Of a stretch of DNA of 64,000 bases, positions 1-8,315 are shown in pieces. The stretch comes from Candidatus Latescibacterota bacterium (lineage in GTDB: Bacteria > Latescibacterota > UBA2968 > UBA8231), in the NCBI GenBank assembly GCA_007571365.1, contig RKRN01000143.1:2245-66244 (forward strand). Reading direction: 5' to 3'. Made by a program: the position numbers and the translations under genes. Below the pieces are notes generated by a model. It was given only the letters and a program-made list of their open reading frames with translations, searched no databases and was not told the DNA's origin. The first letter of the stretch is position 1. Every line of letters begins with the position of its first letter.

Positions 1-236
1 CGCTCACCTTTATCGGCACCTTGGGCCGCTATCAGGCCGACACCCAGCTCAACGTGCCGCCCGACCCGGCGGTGCCCTTTTCCGGCCACTGGAAAGCCAC
101 AGCCCACTTCCTTGCAGTGCTCGAAGGCCGGGCCGAGTTGCTAATTAAAAAAGAGGAAGTGCTCAACGTCATGGCCGCCCTCGACGGGCTGTACCGCTCG
201 GCCGCCGCGGGGCGGGAAGTGCGGATAAGCCAATGA
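1..236 (+). CDS. 3' end (last ~78 codons) of a gene starting upstream of the window; weak resemblance to the C-terminal domain of Gfo/Idh/MocA-type oxidoreductases
   Basis: Frame 3 is open from the window edge to TGA 234-236. The stop overlaps the next start (ATGA 233-236), suggesting an operon partner. The function guess rests on composition only. Confidence 0.4.
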   Translation, partial: LTFIGTLGRYQADTQLNVPPDPAVPFSGHWKATAHFLAVLEGRAELLIKKEEVLNVMAALDGLYRSAAAGREVRISQ

Positions 237-1546
237 CCCCACTAAGCGATGTAGATCTGCAGGATTTTATCATCCGGGGATACCGCGTGGTGCAACCGAC
301 CGCGAGCGCGGACCTGCACGGCGAATTGCATCGCCAGGTCGAAGGGGTGCTCGCCACGGGCAATCCGGGCAACGAGCTGATAGATCGCATTCCCCTATTA
401 CACCAGCTATTCGCCGACCCGGCGGTAGATGGGGCCTTAACCAGCATTATGGGGTCTGGGTACGCGCTCTGTCGCCATTGCCACTGCCACGATCTCGCGC
501 CGGGCAGCCAAGCCCAAAATTGGCACAAGGATTATCCCTTCGGCGGCAATGTGCGCTACCACCGCCCGCGCTATGCCCTGATGCTGTACTATCCGCACGA
601 GGTAACGCCGGATATGGGGCCTACAGCACTGGTGCCCAAGACGCAGTACTATATGGATGACCCCGACGCTGAGGTCGAAGGGGTGGCCCTTACTTGCACG
701 GCGGGTACTGTGGTTATCACCCACTACGAGTTGTGGCACCGAGCCACGGCCAATCGCTCGACTCGCACGCGTTACATGCTGAAGTTTCTCTTTGCCCGCA
801 CCGCCGAGAGTACGCCAGAACAGCGCGGTCCGTGGGGGCCGACGGGACACCACGCGGCTTTGTACCGCACCCTGTGGTGCTGGTATGGGGGGCAGGCTCC
901 TGTCTTGAGGCCGCATAGATCGGAGGTCGCCCTGCAGGCGGCTTTGCAGGATTCGGCTGAGCAGGTGCGGCTGGACGCCTATTACGATTTGGGTGCGCTG
1001 GGCGTCGCCGGAGTGCCGGTATTGATGGCGGCGTTAAAAGACGAGTCCGCACGGCGTTGGTCGGCCAATCTCGAGCGGGGCGATTTTACCAATCCTAGCC
1101 AGTTGGAAAGTACCTACGGGCTGGCCGCGGCCGGTCCTGTTGCGGTCCGTGCGCTCATTGAGGCGTTGCAAAGTCGGGATTGGTGGCTGCGCGCCGGGGC
1201 GGCCGCGGTGCTAGGTTGTATGGGTGCCGCGGCTCAGAGTGCGGCCCCGGCCCTTGCCGCCGCCTTGCAGGACGACAGCGAATGGGTCTGCCGCAATGCG
1301 GCCGATGCCTTGGGCAATATGGGCCGGGTGGCGGCGGCCGTACCGGCCTTGGCGCGGGCCCTAGAGGATAGCCGCGCAATGACGCCTTGGTCTTTGTCCG
1401 ACGCGCCGTTGCGCGAAAACGCAGCCATGGCGTTGGCCAAATGGGGCGCCCCGGCCGCGGCCGCAGCCGCCTTGCAACGGGCGCGTCAACAGGGCAACGA
1501 ATACGTGCGGTCTTGGGCCGAATGGACGTTGGATCGGTGCTTTTAG
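233..1546 (+). CDS. Phytanoyl-CoA dioxygenase (PhyH)-family Fe(II)/2-oxoglutarate oxygenase fused to C-terminal HEAT/PBS-lyase-type repeats
   Basis: 437-aa ORF. The N-half has a PhyH-like pattern (NWHKDYP His-x-Asp, distal ITHYELWHRATAN). The C-half has repeated units of the type WWLRAGAAAVLGCMG..A.SAAPALAAALQD / WVCRNAADALGNMG. Confidence 0.75.
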   Translation: MTPLSDVDLQDFIIRGYRVVQPTASADLHGELHRQVEGVLATGNPGNELIDRIPLLHQLFADPAVDGALTSIMGSGYALCRHCHCHDLAPGSQAQNWHKDYPFGGNVRYHRPRYALMLYYPHEVTPDMGPTALVPKTQYYMDDPDAEVEGVALTCTAGTVVITHYELWHRATANRSTRTRYMLKFLFARTAESTPEQRGPWGPTGHHAALYRTLWCWYGGQAPVLRPHRSEVALQAALQDSAEQVRLDAYYDLGALGVAGVPVLMAALKDESARRWSANLERGDFTNPSQLESTYGLAAAGPVAVRALIEALQSRDWWLRAGAAAVLGCMGAAAQSAAPALAAALQDDSEWVCRNAADALGNMGRVAAAVPALARALEDSRAMTPWSLSDAPLRENAAMALAKWGAPAAAAAALQRARQQGNEYVRSWAEWTLDRCF

Positions 1547-1644
1547 GAAATTGGCCCCGCGGCCGCCGAAGTGCTGGAGCCGGTCCGCCCTTCGTCGTCC
1601 ACCAGTTATTGACTGACGTTACGCATCGGCACCGAATGGGGCGG

Positions 1645-1694
1645 TGTAGGGGCGTTCCTAGTGGACGCCCACGCTACCCAAGGCCGCCCCTACA
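1645..1694. repeat. Perfect 10-bp inverted repeat TGTAGGGGCG-N30-CGCCCCTACA (REP-like hairpin) in the intergenic region
   Basis: Read directly at 1645-1654 and 1685-1694. An inner competing hairpin GGCGT/ACGCC is present. No T-tract follows. Confidence 0.6.
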
Positions 1695-1730
1695 AGGCGG
1701 AACATCAATTATGTTATGGAGGAGCTATTG

Positions 1731-4409
1731 ATGAACGCGGTTTTTTCCTTTAGCCAAGTAGCGCGGTTGCCCATGCCCGGCGACAATGTGGCCATTGCCA
1801 CCCAACGCTTAGAAGCGGGCACGGGCATCAACTACGCGCGGCGGTCGTTTGCGCTGTCGCACACGGTGATGGAAGGCCATCGCTTTGCCGTCGAGCCTGT
1901 TGAACCCGGCCAGTTCCTGCTGTCGTGGCAATTGCCCTTTGGCGTGGCCGAGCGCGCCCTGCAGCCGGGCGACTACGCCTGCAACCAGAGTATGCTCGAT
2001 GCCTTGAGCATTCGGCAGTTGGACTTCGACCTGCCCGAGCAGGCCAATTTTGTCGATCGCATTGAGCCGTATCAATTGGATCCGGCCAATTTTCAGCCCG
2101 GGGCTGCGCTCAGCCCGCACGAAGAGCGGCGCACCTTTCGCGGCTACGGTCGCGCTGGGGGACGAGGCGTAGGGACGCGCAACTATATCGTCGTCTTGGG
2201 TACGTCCTCGCGCACGGCTAGCTATGCGCGGCTGTTGGCCGAGCGCTGGAGCGGCCGGCCGGCCGGCGATGGCGTGGTGCCGATTGCCCACACCGAGGGC
2301 GGTGGCGGGGCCGCGCCCAACAACCGCGAGCTTTTATTGCGCACGCTGGCCGGCTTTGTCGTCCATCCCAATGTCGGCGCGGTGCTGGCCGTGGACTACG
2401 GCCGCGAAGCTGTGACCAACGACATGCTGCGGGAGTACATGGTGGCGCACGGCTATGCCCTCAATCACGTCCGGCACTGCTTTATGCGCTTGGACGGTTC
2501 CTTTGCGGCGCATTTGGCCGCGGGCGAGCGGCAAGTGGCGGCTTGGGCTGAAGAAATGGCGCGCGAACAGCGGGGCGAGCACGACCTAAGCCAGCTCAAA
2601 ATTGCCTTGCAGTGCGGCGGCTCGGACGCCTTTTCGGGCATTTCGGGCAATCCGCTGGCCGCTTGGGTGGCGCGCGAGCTGATCCGCTACGGCGGCGCGG
2701 CCAACCTCGCCGAGACCGACGAGTTGATCGGGGCCGAACCGTACGTGCTGCAAAACGTCAAGGATGTGGAGACGGCGCGCACCTTTTTGCAGATGGTCGA
2801 GCGCTTCAAGGAGCGGGTGGCGTGGCATGGTGCCTCGGCCGAGGGCAACCCTTCTGGGGGCAACAAGTTTCGCGGTCTGTACAATATCGCGCTCAAGTCC
2901 ATTGGCGCGGCGCGCAAGCGCGACCCGGACGTGCGTTTGGACTATGCCATTGAGTACGGCGAGCCGCTCAAGGGGAGTGGTTTCTACTTTATGGACAGTC
3001 CGGGCAACGACTTGGAAAGCATCGCTGGGCAGGTGGCCAGCGGCTGCAATGCCATTTTCTTTGTCACGGGCAACGGCTCCATTACCAATTTCCCCTTTGT
3101 GCCGACGATCAAGATCGTCACCACCTCGGAGCGCTACCAGTTGCTGGCCGCCGATCTCGATGTCAATGCCGGGGCCTACTTGGACGGTACGCCGATGGAC
3201 GAGTTGGGCCAGGTGTTGTTTGAGCGCACCTTGCGGGTGGCCTCGGGCCAGCGCTCGCTGGGCGAGCGGGCCGGCCACGCCCAAGTGTCTATCTGGCGCA
3301 ACTGGCAACAGACCGATACCAGCCGATTGGAAGAGCTGTTGGCCGCCCCGGTGCCCGAGGGGCGGCCCGCGCCGGTGCGGCCCGAAGTCGGGCCAGCGGT
3401 GTCGTTTTCCATGCTGGACGGCGCGCTCGATCAGGTGGGGTTGGTCTTGCCCACTAGCCTGTGCGCTGGCCAGATCGCCCGCCTATGCGCCGAGCGGCTC
3501 AATGCCCGGCACGTGGGCCGCGAGCAGGGCTTGTCGCGCTTTGTCGCCTTGGTCCACACCGAAGGCTGTGGGCTGTCGTCGAGCGGTGCCACCGAGCAAA
3601 TGCACCTGCGCACCATGATGGGCTACGCCGCGCATCCGCTGGCGCGGCGCGTGTTGCTTTTGGAGCACGGCTGCGAAAAGACGCACAACGACTACATGCG
3701 CAACGGCCTTGAGGAATGGGGCTTGGACCCGGCTGTTTTCGGCTGGGCGTCGGTGCAGTTGGACGGCGGTATTGTCAAGGCCATGGACAAGGTCGAGGCC
3801 TGGTTCCGCCAAGCACTGGCCGAAACGGAAGCACCGGTCGCCGTGGAATGCGGCTTGGGAGCCTTGCGCTTGGGGATGCAGGCGACCGGTGCGTTGGGGG
3901 AAGATGCGGCGCGATCGTTGGCCCAGTTGACGCGCTGGGTGGTGACTGCCGGCGGCACGGTGGTCGTGCCGCACAACGCGGCCCTGCTGCGGGAACCGGC
4001 GTATCTGGAATCCGTGTTGGTTGAGCCGTCGGACGCAGCGACGTTGCCTTATGGACAGGCGGCCGCAGAGCCGGGTTTTTACGTCATGGAAACGCCGACC
4101 GACCACTGGGTGGAGACGGCTACCGGGCTAGGTGCTACGGGCGTGGACCTGATCCTAGCCCATACGGGCGAGCATCCTCTACAGGGGCATCCCCTGACGC
4201 CGGTGGTGCAGGTGAGTGCCGATCCGACGGTGACGGCGCGCTATGGCGATGATATCGATTGGGCTCTGACGGGGGTGGCCGACGATTGGGCCGAGCAATT
4301 GGTCGCGTTATTAGCCGAGGTGGCACGCGGCGAGCGCGTCCCTGGGGCCTTGCAGCAGCACAACACCGACTTTCAGCTAACGCGCGGCCTGTTGGGGGTT
4401 TCGACCTGA
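1731..4409 (+). CDS. UxaA/GarD-family (altronate/galactarate dehydratase-like) protein with two tandem modules
   Basis: SAF-like N-terminus (GDNVAIAT..LEAGT), GTRNYIVVLGTS and CGGSDAFSGISGNP. HTEGGGG is at nt 2289-2309 and a second HTEGCG...EHGCEK is at nt 3555 onward. GGAGGA lies 7 nt upstream of ATG 1731; the track ORF starts at the alternative ATG 1716. Confidence 0.8.
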   Translation: MNAVFSFSQVARLPMPGDNVAIATQRLEAGTGINYARRSFALSHTVMEGHRFAVEPVEPGQFLLSWQLPFGVAERALQPGDYACNQSMLDALSIRQLDFDLPEQANFVDRIEPYQLDPANFQPGAALSPHEERRTFRGYGRAGGRGVGTRNYIVVLGTSSRTASYARLLAERWSGRPAGDGVVPIAHTEGGGGAAPNNRELLLRTLAGFVVHPNVGAVLAVDYGREAVTNDMLREYMVAHGYALNHVRHCFMRLDGSFAAHLAAGERQVAAWAEEMAREQRGEHDLSQLKIALQCGGSDAFSGISGNPLAAWVARELIRYGGAANLAETDELIGAEPYVLQNVKDVETARTFLQMVERFKERVAWHGASAEGNPSGGNKFRGLYNIALKSIGAARKRDPDVRLDYAIEYGEPLKGSGFYFMDSPGNDLESIAGQVASGCNAIFFVTGNGSITNFPFVPTIKIVTTSERYQLLAADLDVNAGAYLDGTPMDELGQVLFERTLRVASGQRSLGERAGHAQVSIWRNWQQTDTSRLEELLAAPVPEGRPAPVRPEVGPAVSFSMLDGALDQVGLVLPTSLCAGQIARLCAERLNARHVGREQGLSRFVALVHTEGCGLSSSGATEQMHLRTMMGYAAHPLARRVLLLEHGCEKTHNDYMRNGLEEWGLDPAVFGWASVQLDGGIVKAMDKVEAWFRQALAETEAPVAVECGLGALRLGMQATGALGEDAARSLAQLTRWVVTAGGTVVVPHNAALLREPAYLESVLVEPSDAATLPYGQAAAEPGFYVMETPTDHWVETATGLGATGVDLILAHTGEHPLQGHPLTPVVQVSADPTVTARYGDDIDWALTGVADDWAEQLVALLAEVARGERVPGALQQHNTDFQLTRGLLGVST

Positions 4410-4483
4410 GTGGGAGAGCGAGTGCCTTCGGTGTCCGGTACCCAATTCGAACGCCATAGCAAGATGCCGCTTTGGCTTGAAGG

Positions 4484-4837
4484 TTAGCGGCTCGATACTA
4501 TCCCATCTGCAGAGACGGTTATATGAGCTACCTCTTCCACTTTAGGTCGGATCACAATATCAACATCCCGATCTAGTGCATTTAGGAAGGTCAAGAGCTT
4601 TTCAACGGAGAATTTATCGAACTGCCCTCTTTTCAGATCGGAGACCCGTCCTTGGGCAATGCCGAGCCGGGTGCCGGCGTCTTTCTGGGTTAGGCCGTTC
4701 TCCTCGATGATACCTAAAATTTTTGTGGCGATACTTGCTTTTAATGCCCATTCCTCTGGATTGGCATATCCTAAGTCAGCGTAGACGTTCGTCGATCCCT
4801 CACAGTACTCAGCATCGCCTACCTTTCTCTTCTTCAT
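4484..4837 (-). CDS. XRE-family HTH antitoxin (HigA-like)
   Basis: 117 aa from internal ATG 4837 of the 202-aa track ORF; the longer N-terminus would overlap the toxin gene. HTH core LTQKDAGTRLGIAQGRVSDLKRGQ. ATGA start/stop overlap with the toxin (4834-4837). Confidence 0.8.
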   Translation of the reverse strand: MKKRKVGDAEYCEGSTNVYADLGYANPEEWALKASIATKILGIIEENGLTQKDAGTRLGIAQGRVSDLKRGQFDKFSVEKLLTFLNALDRDVDIVIRPKVEEVAHITVSADGIVSSR

Positions 4838-5193
4838 AACGTTCTCCCCTCGGCTATTATTTTTGCTTGTCGAAGTCGCCGTGCAATGGTAGCTAAATCC
4901 TTTTTTGGAGTGGCAATGCCATGGGTAGATTTCTTCTGAAAGGTATGAAGTACATAAAGATGATCGTCTAAATTCACTACATAAACGGCTCGATAAGTGT
5001 CCGTTTGATAGCGGCTGACTATTTCCATAACGCCTGCAAAGCCCCTCAGGGGTTTTGCTTGGTCGTGCTTCCCGCCGGTTTGGGCAATCCATAGGGCATA
5101 GCCTATATCATTTTGAACCTCACGGGGGAGGGTTATAAGATCATCATAGGAGGATCCCATCCAGATAATAGGCTTGATTAGCACATCGTTCAT
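4834..5193 (-). CDS. RelE/ParE-superfamily toxin, Gp49/HigB-like
   Basis: 119 aa with the pattern ..KPLRGFAGVMEIVSRYQTDTYRAVYVVNLDDHLYVLHTFQKKS. The toxin-first gene order is typical of HigBA. GC is much lower than the flanks. Confidence 0.8.
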   Translation of the reverse strand: MNDVLIKPIIWMGSSYDDLITLPREVQNDIGYALWIAQTGGKHDQAKPLRGFAGVMEIVSRYQTDTYRAVYVVNLDDHLYVLHTFQKKSTHGIATPKKDLATIARRLRQAKIIAEGRTL

Positions 5194-5201
5194 AAAGGAA
5201 T

Positions 5202-5219
5202 TATATCAGATTTGATATA
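5202..5219 (-). promoter_or_regulatory. Candidate TA operator: inverted repeat TATATCA-GATT-TGATATA
   Basis: Perfect 7-bp arms at 5202-5208 and 5213-5219, 9 nt upstream of the toxin ATG (5193), in an AT-rich promoter region. Confidence 0.45.
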
Positions 5220-5332
5220 TACGTCAAGCAGATGAATTATTATCGAAAAATTAGAGCTTGCCCTCGTTGACGCGGTCAGGGTGGCGTCCTTTAGCAGGGG
5301 CCGATTAAAGGCTTGGGCGTGCGGAGTTACTG

Positions 5333-6046
5333 CTAGGAGCCCGCCTCCAAGCAGAGAGTAGCCCAGTTGTAGAAGAAGATTCGTCCGTTGGCGTGAAGAG
5401 CGGGCAAGTGCTGGGCCGCGTCGGCTTTGATTTGCTCGCCGTCTAACCCCTCCTCGCGCACCTCGTCGGCAAAAGCCCGAACCATATCGGCGATAATTTG
5501 CGTGGTAACTTCCATGTGGAAGAGGACGCCATACGCCGCCCGGCCATGAGAAAATGCTTGGTAGGCGGTGCGGGCAGACGAAGCCAACGCAGTAGCTCCC
5601 TTGGGCAGCTCGAAGATGTCGCCGTGCCAGTGATAGCCCATAAAGGACGGTTGTAGCCTGTTCATCAGCGGGTCTTCGCGGGTGGCAGGCTCCAGCTCAA
5701 CAGGATGCCAGCCGATTTCTTTTTGTGGACCGCGGGTAACCCGAGCGCCGAGGGCCGCGGCCAAAAGCTGGCTGCCCAAGCAGATGCCGAGCACGGGCTT
5801 GTCTTGTTTTAGGGCTTGGTCGATCAGGCGCGTGGCCGCAGCCAGAAATGGGTAGCTATCGCGTTCGTACACGCCCATCGGACCGCCCAAGACCACCAAG
5901 CCGACAGCCTCGTCCATGTAGCGAGGGACCGCTGCGCCGGCAAAAGTATGAATGTAGGCCGGCGCGAGACCGCTACCTTGGAAAACCTGACCGGCGATCC
6001 CCAAGTTTTCCGGCGGTGCATTTTGCAGGACCCATATTTTGTTCAT
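5333..6046 (-). CDS. Class I glutamine amidotransferase-like protein
   Basis: 237 aa from ATG 6046. Nucleophile elbow PVLGICLGSQLLA and distal GVLFHMEV. The 368-aa track ORF has an Arg-rich N-extension overlapping the next gene, which I rejected. Confidence 0.8.
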   Translation of the reverse strand: MNKIWVLQNAPPENLGIAGQVFQGSGLAPAYIHTFAGAAVPRYMDEAVGLVVLGGPMGVYERDSYPFLAAATRLIDQALKQDKPVLGICLGSQLLAAALGARVTRGPQKEIGWHPVELEPATREDPLMNRLQPSFMGYHWHGDIFELPKGATALASSARTAYQAFSHGRAAYGVLFHMEVTTQIIADMVRAFADEVREEGLDGEQIKADAAQHLPALHANGRIFFYNWATLCLEAGS

Positions 6047-6087
6047 GGTCCGGTCTCCTCGGCTGCTTTGTCTTGTCGTTGCACTGG

Positions 6088-6750
6088 TCACCGCTTCCGC
6101 CCCAGCATCAGCCCGTCGCCAATCGACAGCAAAGACGCGGTCACGCGCTCGTCGGCGTGAACTTTGGCGTTGAGTGCGCGGATCGCTACGGTGCTCGCGG
6201 ACTGCTCGTCGGCATCGGCGGGCCGCCCGCCCCACAGTACGTTGTCGATTAGGATCAAGCCGCCCGGCCGCAAGAGCTGCAAACAGCGCTCGTAATAGGC
6301 GTCGTAGTTTTCCTTGTCCGCGTCGATAAAGGCCATGTCGAAGCAGCCGGCTTCCCCGGCCGCTAGCATTCCGTCGAGGGTTGCTACGGCTGGTCCCAAC
6401 CGCAACTCGATCTTGTCGGCCACGCCAGCTTCTTGCCAATAGCGCCGGGCAATGCGGGTAAACTCGTCGCTGACGTCGCAGGCGAAAAGACGCCCGTCCG
6501 CGGGCAGGGCCAGGGCCATGGCGATGCTGCTATAGCCCGTAAAGGTCCCCACCTCGACGACCCGCTTGGCGCCGATCAGCTCGACGAGCAGCCCCATGAA
6601 CTGCCCTTGATCGGGCGAGATCTGCATGCCGCCCATGGGCATGGCCCGGGTCTCTTGCCGCAACCGCTTGAGCGCGTCGCGGTCGCGCAGCGAGTTGGCG
6701 AGGATGTAGTCGTATATATGCGTTTCAATAAAACCGTTGCGGGAACTCAT
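6088..6750 (-). CDS. Class I SAM-dependent O-methyltransferase, family 3 (caffeoyl-CoA OMT / TrmR-like)
   Basis: 220 aa. SAM motif VVEVGTFTGYSS, FIDADKENY and LLRPGGLILIDNVLW. Confidence 0.85.
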   Translation of the reverse strand: MSSRNGFIETHIYDYILANSLRDRDALKRLRQETRAMPMGGMQISPDQGQFMGLLVELIGAKRVVEVGTFTGYSSIAMALALPADGRLFACDVSDEFTRIARRYWQEAGVADKIELRLGPAVATLDGMLAAGEAGCFDMAFIDADKENYDAYYERCLQLLRPGGLILIDNVLWGGRPADADEQSASTVAIRALNAKVHADERVTASLLSIGDGLMLGRKR

Positions 6751-6777
6751 GGGCCGACCTTTCGCAAAAGAGGGTAT

Positions 6778-7125
6778 TCAAGACTGGAGTTTGGGATTTT
6801 CTGCGTGCCGCTGGCGGTCGCGCTGGGTCTTCTTGGCTAAGGCGCGCTGGAAGGACTCCTCCAAGTCGATCCCGGTTTGATTGGCGAGGCAGATGAGGAC
6901 GAAGAGCACGTCGGCCATCTCCATGCCGAGATCGGCTTTTTCGCCCTCCTTAAAGCTCTGCTCGCCAAAGGTGCGAGCCATGATCCGCGCTAGCTCGCCG
7001 ACTTCCTCCATCAGCACGGCCGTATTGGTCAGCTCGGAGAAGTAGCGCACGCCGACGGCGGCGATCCACTCATCTACGGCCCGCTGGCAGGCGCGGAGAG
7101 TGTGTTCAGGCGCGGGCTGGCTCAT
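6778..7125 (-). CDS. MazG-like nucleotide pyrophosphohydrolase domain protein
   Basis: 115 aa. MEEVGELARI and EMADVLFVLICLAN acidic helix motifs. Confidence 0.8.
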   Translation of the reverse strand: MSQPAPEHTLRACQRAVDEWIAAVGVRYFSELTNTAVLMEEVGELARIMARTFGEQSFKEGEKADLGMEMADVLFVLICLANQTGIDLEESFQRALAKKTQRDRQRHAENPKLQS

Positions 7126-8230
7126 AGGGAACGGGTGCTAGACCGTCTTGCTGGCGCTGGGCATTGACCTCGTCCAAGCGCCAGGGCACGGCCGATCCGT
7201 CGGTGCGAAAGCGCTTGTAGTAGCCGCCTTTGCAGCGGGAGATGGGCATGAGTGGCGCCGGTGGCCGTAGCTCGGCGAGGGCCGCACCAGAGAGCGGCAT
7301 GCCGCTGGCGAGATCGACAACCTCAATTTCCGCGGGGTCAATGGTGCCTAAGCCGCGGGCGCGGGCGAATTGCAGATAGGGAGTGGCCTGTGGGTTGAGG
7401 CCCATCAAGTAGGTGGCCACAGCATCTACGTGGACCTCGTTGACGCCGGCTAAAGCCCAGCCGAGGGGATGGTTGGCTCCTTCGTTGAATGCCGTACCGT
7501 CGCGGCCGACTAGGCCATCTACCACCGAAAGCCGCGGAATCGCCAGATCGCGCAGCGCGACCAATAGATCGCAGAGCTTGTGATAGAAGCGGTCTTCAAA
7601 GAGGCTGAAGCCGCTCGCGGTCAGCCGCCATAGCCGATCGGCGAATGGCTCGTCCACCGCTTGGATCGCGCACAGGTGCCGCTCGGGCTTGGCGATGATG
7701 CCCATCAGATTTTTGATCGACAAGGTCGTGCAGCCCAAGTTGTGGCACTTGGCGAGGGGGACGTTAAAAAAGAAGGCGCAATCGGTTACTTCGCGGTACA
7801 GGGGATAGCACTCGTACACTACGCCATCGGCGACCTCGACGACGCGAGAATCTTCGTCGGTGTTCATTTCGGCGAGCCGCACGCCCCGCTTATCGGCCAT
7901 GGCGCGATAGCCGCATAGTTCCCAAGTGTGCCCGGCGCGGGGGTTCTCCCCGGATTGGCCATCGGCAACCACCAGGCGCTCGGCGGGTACGCCGCGGTCG
8001 CGCAAGGCGTCGAGCAAGCCGCCGACAAATCCGGGATGGGTGATGACGCGCTTTTCCGGTGGATAGAGCACAGTGGCGTTGGGCTTGAGCAAGATGGTGC
8101 CAGCAGCCGGAAGCGGCACCTCAAGAGTGGCGAGGGTGCGATAGGCCAACTCTCGGTAGGTCGCAAAGGGCGCGTCGGCGCGGCTGATGGGTGAACGCGC
8201 TAAATACACGGCGTCGGGGTGTGCAAGCAT
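7106..8230 (-). CDS. DUF362 domain protein
   Basis: 374 aa. ILLKPNATVLYPP..ITHPGFVGGLLDAL.. pattern as in DUF362 proteins. Its 3' end overlaps the MazG start by 20 nt. Confidence 0.7.
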   Translation of the reverse strand: MLAHPDAVYLARSPISRADAPFATYRELAYRTLATLEVPLPAAGTILLKPNATVLYPPEKRVITHPGFVGGLLDALRDRGVPAERLVVADGQSGENPRAGHTWELCGYRAMADKRGVRLAEMNTDEDSRVVEVADGVVYECYPLYREVTDCAFFFNVPLAKCHNLGCTTLSIKNLMGIIAKPERHLCAIQAVDEPFADRLWRLTASGFSLFEDRFYHKLCDLLVALRDLAIPRLSVVDGLVGRDGTAFNEGANHPLGWALAGVNEVHVDAVATYLMGLNPQATPYLQFARARGLGTIDPAEIEVVDLASGMPLSGAALAELRPPAPLMPISRCKGGYYKRFRTDGSAVPWRLDEVNAQRQQDGLAPVPYEPARA

Positions 8231-8315
8231 GGTGCTCTCCTATGAGTGATAGACAAGCAAAAGCGGCCGAGAGCCGTACGCTCCCGACCGCTTGTTAGCG
8301 TTGGATGAACGCGCC

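Noticed and set aside
5333-6439. 368-aa track ORF giving the amidotransferase a 131-aa N-terminal extension
   Set aside because: The extension is Arg-rich, low-complexity and overlaps the 3' half of the O-methyltransferase gene in another frame. The conserved GATase domain starts at ATG 6046.
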